Assembly: GCA_038317345.1 (NCBI GenBank)
Contig: JBBQBH010000010.1
Coordinates: 339 to 64,338 of the forward strand
Length of the DNA: 64,000 bases
From: Solirubrobacterales bacterium
GTDB lineage: Bacteria; Actinomycetota; Thermoleophilia; Solirubrobacterales; 70-9
Reading direction: 5' to 3'
Shown: piece after piece, positions 8,203-17,025 of the stretch
Position numbering within the stretch: the first letter of the stretch is position 1
Layout of the letters: every line of letters begins with the position of its first letter
Program-made: the position numbers and the translations under genes
Notes under the pieces: model-generated
What the model was told of the DNA's origin: nothing
Databases searched by the model: none
Seen by the model: the letters and a program-made list of their open reading frames with translations, nothing else

Positions 8203-9669
8203 ATGGCGACCGCACAGACGCAAGAGCAGAAGCTTCTGATCGGCGGAGAATGGGTCGCCGCGAGCGCGGGACGCAGCTTCGAGAGGCGCGACCCCTACAC
8301 CGGTGAGGCGGCGACCAGCGCCGCCGCCGCGGGCCGCGAGGACGCACGCGCCGCAGCCGAGGCGGCCGCGGGTGCCTTCGAGGAGTGGTCTTCGACCCCG
8401 CCTGCAAAGCGCCGCGAGCTGCTTCAGAGGGCGTCGAAGCTGCTGCGCGAGCGCGGCGAGGAGATCGCCGCCACGGTCACCGCGGAGACCGGAGGGACCT
8501 TCGGCTGGGGGATGTTCAACGTCGACCTGGCAGCGGGGATGCTCGGTGAAGCGGCCGCCCAGGCCTACGCGGCAACGGGTGAGGTAATCCCCTCCGACGT
8601 TCCGGGCCTGACCGCGATGGGGGTTCGCCAGCCGGCCGGGGTCGTGCTCGGGATCGCGCCCTGGAACGCCCCGGTGATCCTCGGCGCCCGTGCGGTGGCG
8701 TCGCCGCTGGCCTACGGGAACACGGTGGTGCTCAAGGCTTCAGATGTCTGCCCCCGTAGCCACGCCGCCGTCGCGACGGCGCTCGACGATGCCGGGCTAC
8801 CCGCCGGGGTCGTCAACCTGCTCACGCACGAGGCGGATGACGCCGCCGACGTCGTCGACGAGCTGATCGCCCACCCGGCGGTGCGGCGGATCAACTTCAC
8901 GGGCTCGACCCGGGTCGGGAGGCTGATCGCCGAAAACGCGGCGCGGCACCTGAAGCGTGTGCTGCTGGAGCTCGGCGGCAAAGCGCCGTTGGTGGTGCTC
9001 GCGGACGCCGATCTCGACGAGGCCGTCGCGGCGGCGAAGTTCGGGGCCTTCATGCACCAGGGGCAGATCTGCATGTCGACCGAGCGGATCGTCGTCGACG
9101 AGTCAGTCGCGGACCCGTTCACGTCGCGGCTCGGCGAGCGCGCCGCGGCGCTGAAGGTCGGCGACCCGCGCGATCCCGAGACCCAGGTCGGCCCGCTGGT
9201 CAACGAGGCGGCGATGATGCGGGTCACGGAGATGGTCGAGGACGCCGTCTCGAAGGGCGCCGAGGTCGTGACCGGCGGCGAGGCCGACGGTCCCTGCTTC
9301 AAACCCACAGTTCTCAGGGGCGTGACTTCAGACATGCGCGTCTACGAGGAGGAGTCGTTCGGCCCGATCGTCGGGATCATCCCGGTGGACGGCCCCGACG
9401 AGGCGGTGCGGGTCGCAAACGACACCGAGTACGGGCTCGCGGCCGCGGTCTTCGGCTCACACGTTCCGAGCGCCCTCGACGTCGCCCGGCGGATCGAAAG
9501 CGGGATCTGCCATGTCAACGGGGCGACAGTCCACGACGAGCCGCAGATGCCCTTCGGGGGCGTCAAGGCAAGCGGCTGGGGACGGTTCGGCGGCAGGGCG
9601 GCGATCGAGGAGTTCACCGAGCTGCGCTGGATAACGGTCCAGCAGGGCTCGCGGCGCTACCCGATCTGA
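8203..9669 (+). CDS. NAD(P)-dependent aldehyde dehydrogenase
   Basis: ALDH signatures ELGGKAP and FMHQGQICMSTER (catalytic Cys), plus EEESFGP. The start is placed at the ATG at 8203 behind GAAGGA; the tracked ORF begins at 8161. Confidence 0.85.
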   Translation: MATAQTQEQKLLIGGEWVAASAGRSFERRDPYTGEAATSAAAAGREDARAAAEAAAGAFEEWSSTPPAKRRELLQRASKLLRERGEEIAATVTAETGGTFGWGMFNVDLAAGMLGEAAAQAYAATGEVIPSDVPGLTAMGVRQPAGVVLGIAPWNAPVILGARAVASPLAYGNTVVLKASDVCPRSHAAVATALDDAGLPAGVVNLLTHEADDAADVVDELIAHPAVRRINFTGSTRVGRLIAENAARHLKRVLLELGGKAPLVVLADADLDEAVAAAKFGAFMHQGQICMSTERIVVDESVADPFTSRLGERAAALKVGDPRDPETQVGPLVNEAAMMRVTEMVEDAVSKGAEVVTGGEADGPCFKPTVLRGVTSDMRVYEEESFGPIVGIIPVDGPDEAVRVANDTEYGLAAAVFGSHVPSALDVARRIESGICHVNGATVHDEPQMPFGGVKASGWGRFGGRAAIEEFTELRWITVQQGSRRYPI

Positions 9670-11282
9670 TCAACCGCCCCCACGACCACCCCCGCGTCCT
9701 CCATGGCCGCCATCGCGGCGTTGCGCCCGTTAAGCGCAATCACCGAGCCGGCCGGATGGGTCGCGGCGCCGCAGAGGTAGAGCCCATCGACCGGGGTGCG
9801 GTGGTCGAGGCGGCGGTCCCACATCTGATTCGGCAGCGTCTCGCCCTGGAATATGTTGCCGCCACTGAGGCCGATTCGCTGCTCGATGTCGGGGGGGCCG
9901 AGAACGTCGACGTGCTCGACGCAGTCGCGGATGTCGGGGGCGTGCTCGGCGATCGCGTCGAGGATCAGGGCGCCGATCTCGTCGCGGCTCGAATCCCAAT
10001 CGCCATCGGCGAGTGCGTAGGGCGCGTATTGGGCGAAGACGCTCATCGTGTGCTGCCCGGGCGGCGCCACCGATGGGTCGTAGGCGGTCTGGAAGTAGAG
10101 CTCGGCGAAGCCGAACCGTGGTTCGCCCCGCTGGCAGGCGTCGAAGGCCTCCTGCGCCGCTTCGGGCCCGGGCGTGATCGTGACCATCGCGCGGTGCGGC
10201 TCGACGGTGCCGGCGGCGCTGAACGTGGGCAGCCTCTGCAGGGCGGCGTTCAGCTTCACGACCGGCGAGCGCACCTGCCAATCCTCGACCCGCTCGCGGA
10301 AGCCCGCCGGCAGATCGGAGGACCCGAGCATCGCCAGGGTTCGCTTCGGGTCGGCGTTCGAGATCACGGCGGCGCTGCGGACGAGCTCGCCGCTCTCCAG
10401 CTCGACGCCCTCGCCGGGAACGATCCGAGCCACCGGGACACCGGCGGCGAGCACGGCGCCGGCGTCCTGCGCCGCCTGCGCGATCGCGAACGAGATCCTT
10501 CCCATGCCGCCCTCCACGTAGCCCCAGATCGATCCCTGCCCGAGCAGGTCGCCCTGGTGGTGCATCAGCTTCACCGAGGCTGTGCCGGGATCCCGCGGAC
10601 CCGAGAAGGCGCCGATGATCCCCTGGCCGAACAGTGCGTGGACCAGGCGTTCGTCGTCCACGTAGCGCTCCAGGGTCTCGACGATCGAGTCCTCGAAGAC
10701 GACCGAGATCATCTCCTCGTCGCCACCCATCGTCTCCTCCAGCTCGGCGCGGCTCGGTGACGAGCCGAGCCAGGTGTCGCCCCGCGTTCCGTGGCGCAGC
10801 GCGAGCCGAATCCGATTGAACAGATCCTCATAGGCGAGCAGGCCGCTGATGTCGGACTCCGAGAAGCCGTTCTCGCGCATGTGGGCGACGGTGGCCTCGT
10901 CATCGATGAACTCGGCAAACGAGGTTCCGTCCGCGAACGGGCACCAGAGGTTGGGGTCGGCGGCGAGGACTCGGTAGCCATGGCCCGCCAGCCCCAGCTC
11001 GCGGACCACGAGGTCGTCGAGCAGCCCGACCACGTAGGCGCAGGGGCTGACCAGAAAACGGTCGTCGGGGAACGGCTGCTCCATCGTGCAAGCTCCACCG
11101 AGCTGCTCGCGGCGCTCCAGCACCAATACCCGCTGCCCCGCCCGCGCAAGGTAGGCGGCGGCGGTCAAACCGTTGTGGCCCCCACCGACCACGATCGCGT
11201 CCCAGTCGCGCGCCGCAAGCTCGGAGACCGGGGCGGGAAGACCGACCTTGCCCATCACCGCGTTGACGTCGACCGGGCCCAT
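9657..11282 (-). CDS. FAD-dependent oxidoreductase, phytoene-desaturase (CrtI-like) family
   Basis: N-terminal dinucleotide fold DAIVVGGGHNGLTAAAYLARAGQRVLVLERREQLGGA. The start is set at MGPVDV (11282) because the longer tracked ORF overlaps the upstream gene. Confidence 0.75.
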   Translation of the reverse strand: MGPVDVNAVMGKVGLPAPVSELAARDWDAIVVGGGHNGLTAAAYLARAGQRVLVLERREQLGGACTMEQPFPDDRFLVSPCAYVVGLLDDLVVRELGLAGHGYRVLAADPNLWCPFADGTSFAEFIDDEATVAHMRENGFSESDISGLLAYEDLFNRIRLALRHGTRGDTWLGSSPSRAELEETMGGDEEMISVVFEDSIVETLERYVDDERLVHALFGQGIIGAFSGPRDPGTASVKLMHHQGDLLGQGSIWGYVEGGMGRISFAIAQAAQDAGAVLAAGVPVARIVPGEGVELESGELVRSAAVISNADPKRTLAMLGSSDLPAGFRERVEDWQVRSPVVKLNAALQRLPTFSAAGTVEPHRAMVTITPGPEAAQEAFDACQRGEPRFGFAELYFQTAYDPSVAPPGQHTMSVFAQYAPYALADGDWDSSRDEIGALILDAIAEHAPDIRDCVEHVDVLGPPDIEQRIGLSGGNIFQGETLPNQMWDRRLDHRTPVDGLYLCGAATHPAGSVIALNGRNAAMAAMEDAGVVVGAVDQIG

Positions 11283-11295
11283 CGGCCGATCCAGC

Positions 11296-11652
11296 CTAAC
11301 GCGCCGGTGGAGATCCGCCCAGCGCCGCGACGTCAACCCAGGCCTGCTTGAGGTCGACCCGGGAGCCGCGAAACGGCACTCCTTCGGCTTCCAGCAGGCG
11401 CCGCTGCTCCGCCCCTTTTGGCAGCGATCCATCGGCGCGGACCACGCGCTGCCAGGGGACGCTGGGATCGTGACCGGCGGCGAGCACCGATCCCGCGTAG
11501 CGGGGTGCCTCCGGACTGAGGTCCCCGTAAGTGGTCACACAGCCCGGCGGGACCGATCGGACCTTGCGGAGAATCTCGCCAGCCCGCGGCGAATCAGCCA
11601 ACGTACCCGGCGCGTCGGCAATCCGCGGCAATAGCGTGCGAGCCCGGGTCAT
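11296..11652 (-). CDS. MGMT-family DNA-binding protein lacking the acceptor cysteine (alkyltransferase-like, ATL)
   Basis: Conserved MGMT C-terminal domain (VPPGCVTTYGDL ... SVPWQRVVRADGSL), but the PCHR active site reads PWQR. The start is set at MTRARTLL. Confidence 0.7.
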   Translation of the reverse strand: MTRARTLLPRIADAPGTLADSPRAGEILRKVRSVPPGCVTTYGDLSPEAPRYAGSVLAAGHDPSVPWQRVVRADGSLPKGAEQRRLLEAEGVPFRGSRVDLKQAWVDVAALGGSPPAR

Positions 11653-11911
11653 CGAGCCTCGCGTGGGTGGCGCAGATGCTCTTGGCCCGCGCCCCGCAGG
11701 CATCGACGGGCTCCGCTCCCATGGCGCCGGGCACGATCGCGTAAATGCAACCGGGCGCCGGGGCCGGTCTCGAGTCACCCACTGTGGCGAGGATCAGCAC
11801 CAGGACGGTGACCAGCGTAGCCGCGAGGGCGGCGATCGCCACATTGCGCTCGCGCCGGGTGAGGCGGCGCAGGGGCGTGTTCACACGCTGCCAGTGTCCC
11901 TCCAGAGGCAC
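11594..11911 (-). CDS. Hypothetical small membrane-anchored Cys-containing protein
   Basis: 105-aa ORF with one TM helix (VAIAALAATLVTVLVLILATV) and four Cys. It overlaps the ATL start by 59 nt. I recognise no family. Confidence 0.35.
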   Translation of the reverse strand: MPLEGHWQRVNTPLRRLTRRERNVAIAALAATLVTVLVLILATVGDSRPAPAPGCIYAIVPGAMGAEPVDACGARAKSICATHARLDDPGSHAIAADCRRAGYVG

Positions 11912-12107
11912 AGCCTGGCCAGGTTAGCCGCTCCAGTCAACGGCAGCCCCTGACACTGAGGCCAAACCTCCCTGCCGATCTTTGTACCGCTGTACGTGGT
12001 GGGCTCTTGAGGATCCGGGCAGGGTGCGGGATGGCATCGGGCGGTCGATTTCAGGAGAGCGTCGTTGGAGCTCCGACTAGCCCTCGACTAGAAAGGAAAT
12101 CTGGGCT

Positions 12108-13463
12108 ATGCACTGGTTGAGTCCAGGCGACAATTCTTGGCAGCTCACGGCGGCGACTCTGGTCGGCCTGATGAGCGTGCCCGGCCTTGTCGTCCTATAT
12201 GGCGGCGTGATGCAGAAGCGCTGGTCGGTGAACTCGATGATGATGGCCTTCATCGCGTTCGCCTTGGTGCTGATCGTCTGGGTCTTGTTCGGCTACAAGA
12301 TGGCCTTCGGACAACCGATGCACATCTTCGGTGCGGACAGCGGCTTCTTCGCCAATGCGTGGGGTAAGCCGGGTTCGATCCTGAGCAGCGACGCCCTGCT
12401 TAAGCAGGGGAACATCCCGAACGTTGGAGACGTGGTCTTCCCGCAGTCGACGCTGGCGTACTTCCAGTTCGTCTTTGCCGCGATCACCCCGATCCTGATG
12501 CTGGGCTCTGTCCTCGGCAGAATCAATTTCAAGGCCTGGATCCCGTTCGTGTTGCTTTGGTCGAGCATCGTCTACACGATCAACGCCTTCCTGATCTGGG
12601 GCGGCGGGTTCTTCTCTCAGCACGGCGCACTCGACTTCTCCGGGGGCTACGTGATCCACCTTTCCGCCGGGGTCGCGGGTTTCGTCGCAGCGGCGGTGGT
12701 CGGCCCACGCCTCCAACGCGATCGCGAGGTCGACGCGCCCAACAACCTGCTGATGGTCGCGACCGGAGCGGGGTTGCTCTGGCTCGGCTGGAACGGGTTC
12801 AACGGAGGCGACCCGTACCTGGTCAACGACATCGCGGCGGCGGCGGTGCTGAACACGAACCTGTGCACCGCCGTGGCCTTCCTGGTCTGGGTCGCCTGGG
12901 ACTACATCACCGGCCACAAGCCGAGCCTGATCTCGAGCGTCAACGGCATGATCACCGGCCTGGTCGCGATCACTCCCGCAGCTGGTTTCGTGAACGGCTG
13001 GGGTGCGATCGCAATCGGCACGATCGCGGCGACGGTCGTCTACTTCGCGCTCAACTACCTGAGCCGGGTGCAGCCGTTCCGCAACGTCGATGACACACTT
13101 GGCGTTGTGTACACGCACGGGTTCGCCGGCCTCTCCGGTGGCCTGCTGACGGGCGTCTTCGCCAACTCCGCGATGGGCTCCGCGCCGGGTCTGATCTCGG
13201 GCAGCTCACATCTGCTCAAGTGGCAGGCGCTCACGGCGCTCTGGGTCATCGTGTTCACAGCGGTGGTCACCTTCATCATCCTGCAGGTGGTCAAGGTCTT
13301 CGTGCCGCTGAGGATGGACGAGAAGGACATGGAGGAGGGCGACCTCGCGGTGCACGGACATGAGGTCTACCCGTCCGACGTCCCATCGCTCGCGTTCCCA
13401 TCGGGAACGGAGGGCTACAGGCCAACGCCTCCGGCGGCACCTGTGCCGGAGGGCGGTACCTAG
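12108..13463 (+). CDS. amt: Ammonium transporter (Amt/MEP family)
   Basis: 451-aa polytopic protein with Amt signatures DFSGGYVIHLSAGVAGFVAAAVVGPR and VYTHGFAGLSGGLLTGVFA. AAAGGAAA lies upstream of the ATG. Confidence 0.9.
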   Translation: MHWLSPGDNSWQLTAATLVGLMSVPGLVVLYGGVMQKRWSVNSMMMAFIAFALVLIVWVLFGYKMAFGQPMHIFGADSGFFANAWGKPGSILSSDALLKQGNIPNVGDVVFPQSTLAYFQFVFAAITPILMLGSVLGRINFKAWIPFVLLWSSIVYTINAFLIWGGGFFSQHGALDFSGGYVIHLSAGVAGFVAAAVVGPRLQRDREVDAPNNLLMVATGAGLLWLGWNGFNGGDPYLVNDIAAAAVLNTNLCTAVAFLVWVAWDYITGHKPSLISSVNGMITGLVAITPAAGFVNGWGAIAIGTIAATVVYFALNYLSRVQPFRNVDDTLGVVYTHGFAGLSGGLLTGVFANSAMGSAPGLISGSSHLLKWQALTALWVIVFTAVVTFIILQVVKVFVPLRMDEKDMEEGDLAVHGHEVYPSDVPSLAFPSGTEGYRPTPPAAPVPEGGT

Positions 13464-13490
13464 GACGAAGCAGAGCCCGATACCCAAAGC

Positions 13491-13522
13491 AGACCGCCCC
13501 CGCCTTCGCGCGGGGGCGGTCT
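13491..13522. terminator. Intrinsic terminator hairpin between convergent amt and the LysR gene
   Basis: AGACCGCCCCCGC-CTTCGC-GCGGGGGCGGTCT: a 13-bp perfect stem followed by CGTTTCT. Confidence 0.65.
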
Positions 13523-13539
13523 CGTTTCTAGGAGGCCCG

Positions 13540-14457
13540 CTAGCCGCCCGCCTGCTGGAAGCTGCGTGCGGCGCTTTGCAGCACCTCGAGCATCGTCGAC
13601 ACGGCCGGCATCACCGGCGTCCCTCGCGGTGTCGCCGCGAGCACGCTGCGCACCGGGCTCTGTGGATAGAGCGAGCGGATGGCGATGTCCTCGCGCACGG
13701 TCGAGAGCGCCAGCTGCGGGATCAGGGCGACGCCCACCCCGGAGGCGACGAGGCCCTGCACGGTCTGGTAGTCGTCGCTCTCGAACGAGACCCTGGGCTC
13801 GAAGCCGGCGGCGTGGCAGGAGCGCACGACGTGGCGCGCGCAGGGGCTCGAGGCGGACGTCTGAACCCAGGACTCCGACGCCAGGTCCTCAAGTCGCAGC
13901 TTCGACTTCGAGGCCAGCGCGTGGCCCTTGGGCAGCGCCAGGTGCATCGGGTCCTCGAGCAGCTCCAAGCGCCGCATTCCCGCCCCCAGCCCCTCGCTCA
14001 CGCCCTGAAACTCGAACAGCAGCACAAGGTCGAACTCCCCCTCCCGAAGCCGGGGCGCGATCTCCTCCGGCTCTCCCTCGGCCAGCGTCAGCGTCACCAG
14101 GGGATGGGCTGCCCGGAAGGTCGCAACCGCGACGGGGATCAGGGTCGCGCCGGCGGTGGGAAAGGAGGCGATCCGCAGATGTCCGCCGCGGACGCCCGCG
14201 ATCGCCGCGACCTCGGACTCGGCGACGTCGAGGCGGGCGAGAACCGCCTCCGCGTGCCCAACCAGCACCTCACCGGCAGCCGTTGGCCGCACGCCGCGCC
14301 GGTCGCGTTCGATCAGCGTCACCCCGGTCTCCGCCTCCAGCGTCGCCACGGCCTGCGAGACGGCTGGCTGCGAGTAGGAGAGCGCGTCGGCCGCGGCAGA
14401 GAAGGAACCGCGCGCGGCGACCTCCCGCAGGATCTTCAATCGCCGGACATTGAGCAT
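13540..14457 (-). CDS. LysR-family transcriptional regulator
   Basis: N-terminal wHTH MLNVRRLKILREVAARGSFSAAADALSYSQPAVSQAVATLE followed by a LysR substrate-binding domain. Confidence 0.9.
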   Translation of the reverse strand: MLNVRRLKILREVAARGSFSAAADALSYSQPAVSQAVATLEAETGVTLIERDRRGVRPTAAGEVLVGHAEAVLARLDVAESEVAAIAGVRGGHLRIASFPTAGATLIPVAVATFRAAHPLVTLTLAEGEPEEIAPRLREGEFDLVLLFEFQGVSEGLGAGMRRLELLEDPMHLALPKGHALASKSKLRLEDLASESWVQTSASSPCARHVVRSCHAAGFEPRVSFESDDYQTVQGLVASGVGVALIPQLALSTVREDIAIRSLYPQSPVRSVLAATPRGTPVMPAVSTMLEVLQSAARSFQQAGG

Positions 14458-14465
14458 AAGGACAG

Positions 14466-14482
14466 CTTATCTCACAGATAAG
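14466..14482. promoter_or_regulatory. Putative LysR-type operator in the divergent LysR/Usp promoter region
   Basis: Perfect 7-bp inverted repeat CTTATCT-CAC-AGATAAG, 9 bp upstream of the LysR start codon. It lies in an AT-richer spacer and fits the T-N11-A LTTR box architecture. Confidence 0.5.
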
Positions 14483-14569
14483 TAATAGAAGTTGTACTAA
14501 TGCAGGGAGGTGTGCCACGCTCGTCGTAACTTCGCTTTGAAAAGTTTGACCGAAGAAGGAGCAGGTTCT

Positions 14570-15268
14570 ATGACCCCCCGAATCATCGTTTCCTATGACG
14601 ACTCCGACAACGACCGCGACGCGCTGACGCTGGGTCGTCTGCTCGCGGTCTCCGGCGCCGACCTCTCGCTCGCCTACGTCCGCCACTCCCAGCTTCCAGA
14701 GCAGGATCGCGAAGCCGACGAGAAGCGCCAGGCGGAAGAGCTGCTCGAGCGCGGGGCGCGCGAGATCGGCGCCCCCGACATGCCCCGTCACGTGGTCTTT
14801 CACGCATCGACCGGCGAGGGCCTGACCGAGCTCGCGGAGAGCGAGCACGCCGACGTGGTCGTGTTCGGCTCCGACTACCGCACCGCCGCCGGAACCGTCC
14901 AGCCCGGGACCTCGGCTCAGCGAATGCTGAGTGGCGGCTCGACCGCGGTCGCCGTTGCACCGGCGGACCTCCGCTCCCATCCCTCGGTGAAGGTCGCCCG
15001 AATCGGCGTCCTTGCCGAAGGCGACGACGCCGCTCAGGAGACTGCGAGCACGCTTGCGAGCGCACTGGGCGCCACGGTCACCGACGCCGAGGACGAATCG
15101 GCGGATCTGCTCGTCGTTGGCTCACGCGAGGGCACGCCCGAAGGTCGGGTCGAGCTGAGCGCCAGCGCCGAGTACGGCATCGCAACCGCGACGTCGCCGG
15201 TATTGGTCGTGCCCCGTGGCACGGCGGTTCGCTTCGCGGCTCCTGCGCCGGCCCTCTCAGGCGCCTAA
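14570..15268 (+). CDS. Universal stress protein family (tandem Usp-like domains)
   Basis: Usp-like blocks MTPRIIVSYDDSDNDRDAL and HADVVVFGSDYRTAAGTVQPGTSAQRMLSGGSTAVAVAP. GAAGGAG precedes the ATG at 14570; the tracked ORF begins at 14510. Confidence 0.65.
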   Translation: MTPRIIVSYDDSDNDRDALTLGRLLAVSGADLSLAYVRHSQLPEQDREADEKRQAEELLERGAREIGAPDMPRHVVFHASTGEGLTELAESEHADVVVFGSDYRTAAGTVQPGTSAQRMLSGGSTAVAVAPADLRSHPSVKVARIGVLAEGDDAAQETASTLASALGATVTDAEDESADLLVVGSREGTPEGRVELSASAEYGIATATSPVLVVPRGTAVRFAAPAPALSGA

Positions 15269-15294
15269 GCGCTACTTATCCACGCCTCGGAACC

Positions 15295-15327
15295 GGGGTG
15301 AAGGCGTCCACTTGGCGTCTTCACCCC
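15295..15327. terminator. Hairpin between convergent Usp gene and the 15321-16001 gene
   Basis: GGGGTGAAGGCG-TCCACTTG-GCGTCTTCACCCC: a long near-perfect stem that overlaps the stop codon of the minus-strand gene. Confidence 0.5.
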
Positions 15328-16001
15328 GTTGTCGTTCCGGCCCGGCCCACCGCGTGTCGGAGTCGCTCGACGAGGGCGTCAATGGACGCGGGCTGTGCCG
15401 GATCGAGGCGGATCACGCCGAGTTCGCCCAGCTGTGGCGGCGGCGGCGGGTCTCCAAGCTGGGCGACGATCGCCCGGCCCCGGAGCGCACCCAGCGCCAA
15501 CCCCGCCTCGAATAGCCATGACGGATCCGGGTCCGCTCCCTGGGCCACGAGGATGACGGCGCCGACACCGAGGTCGTGCGAGGTCCCGCCGACGACCATC
15601 GCGCCGGCGAGGATGCGCGCCCGCAGCGCCTCCCAATCCGCCACCTGCACCCCGGCTCGTTCGAGCAACTCGATCACCGCACGGCGGGCGGTGGGTGTCT
15701 GCGCCATCACCGCCACGCTGGCCGCCTGCGCGGCGATGCGCTCGATCAGGCGAGCCGTTGCGTCTTGCGCCGAGCGCTCCGCGTTATGCCACCCGCGGCC
15801 GACTGCGAGATCCGGCGCTGCGAGCTCGGGGCCTTCGAGGATCTGAAGGGTGCTCTCCTGCGGGTCCCACTCCTGGTCCCCCAACTCCACTGGGCCGCCT
15901 CGCTGCCATGGCTCGAGCACGGTGCGCCGCAGTGTTTCCTCGTCGAGGTTGAATGCCGAAGCCCGCCGGAACCCCTGGCGCAGCTCGACATGGAAGGGCA
16001 T
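15321..16001 (-). CDS. Hypothetical protein; the C-terminal half weakly resembles TIR-like nucleotide-binding domains (unverified)
   Basis: 226-aa ORF with typical high GC3 coding character. I recognise no motif with certainty (see finding). Confidence 0.55.
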   Translation of the reverse strand: MPFHVELRQGFRRASAFNLDEETLRRTVLEPWQRGGPVELGDQEWDPQESTLQILEGPELAAPDLAVGRGWHNAERSAQDATARLIERIAAQAASVAVMAQTPTARRAVIELLERAGVQVADWEALRARILAGAMVVGGTSHDLGVGAVILVAQGADPDPSWLFEAGLALGALRGRAIVAQLGDPPPPPQLGELGVIRLDPAQPASIDALVERLRHAVGRAGTTTG

Positions 16002-16067
16002 GCGGCGATGCTACGCAACAGCCCAACCGGCGGGCGGGGCCGAATCCGCTCCTCTACCCTGCCCAGG

Positions 16068-16991
16068 ATGCGCATCGACGAGATCATCGCCTCCGTCCAG
16101 CCCTGCTTCTCGGTCGAGTTCTTCCCGCCGAAGACCGACGAGGGCCGTGAACTGCTGCTCGACAACGCCCGTGAGCTGTCCGCGCTGGATCCCGCCTTCG
16201 TTTCGGTGACATACGGGGCCGGGGGCTCGACCCGCGACGGGACGGTCGAGATCTCGAGCCTGCTGCACAACGAGCTGGACCTGGAGACGATGACCCACCT
16301 GAGCTGCGTCGGCGAGACGGCCGACGGTCTGCGCGAGGTCCTCGATCGCGTCGAGGCGGCCGGGATCGACAACGTGCTGGCGCTGCGGGGCGACCCGCCC
16401 CGTGGCGAGAGCGACTTCATCCAGCCCGAGGGCGGGCTCGGGAGCGCCGCGGAGCTGACCGGCTTCATCGGGGAGAACTACGGTTTTGCGGTTGGCGGTG
16501 CCTGCTTTCCGGAGGTGCATCCCGAGGCCCCCAGCCTCGATGCCGACCTTGCCTATCTGAAGACAAAGGTCGACAACGGGGCGACCTTCCTGATCACCCA
16601 GCTTTTCTTCGACAACCAGGTCTATTTCGACTTCGTCGCGGCTGCTCGCGCGAAGGGGATCGAGGTCCCGATCCTCGCCGGCGTGATTCCGATCGCAAGC
16701 TACGCGCAGACGGAGCGCATCTGCGAGCTATGCGAGGCATCGATCCCGCCGCAGCTGGCCGAGGCGATGGCGGCGCTGGGAGGCGACGAGCGCGCCGAGT
16801 TCGAGCTCGGCGTCGCCTACGCCGCGCAGCAGTGCACCGAGCTGCTGCTCGGCGGGGCCCCCGGGATCCACTTCTACGCCCTCAACAAGGCTCCCGCCAC
16901 CCGCGCCGTGCTCTCAGCCCTGCGTGCCGCCCGGCCCTGGGAGCGCAACGCCCGCGAGGGCGCCACCAGCGAGGCCGATGCGGTCCACTAG
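16068..16991 (+). CDS. metF: 5,10-methylenetetrahydrofolate reductase
   Basis: Starts at MRIDEIIASVQPCFSVEFFPPKT. MetF blocks SVTYGAGGSTR, THLSCVG, NVLALRGDPP and FLITQLFFD are present. The upstream part of the tracked ORF is antisense to the neighbouring gene. Confidence 0.9.
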   Translation: MRIDEIIASVQPCFSVEFFPPKTDEGRELLLDNARELSALDPAFVSVTYGAGGSTRDGTVEISSLLHNELDLETMTHLSCVGETADGLREVLDRVEAAGIDNVLALRGDPPRGESDFIQPEGGLGSAAELTGFIGENYGFAVGGACFPEVHPEAPSLDADLAYLKTKVDNGATFLITQLFFDNQVYFDFVAAARAKGIEVPILAGVIPIASYAQTERICELCEASIPPQLAEAMAALGGDERAEFELGVAYAAQQCTELLLGGAPGIHFYALNKAPATRAVLSALRAARPWERNAREGATSEADAVH

Positions 16992-17025
16992 GCCGCGTGG
17001 CGCCTGATCTAGACTGGCGCGTTCG

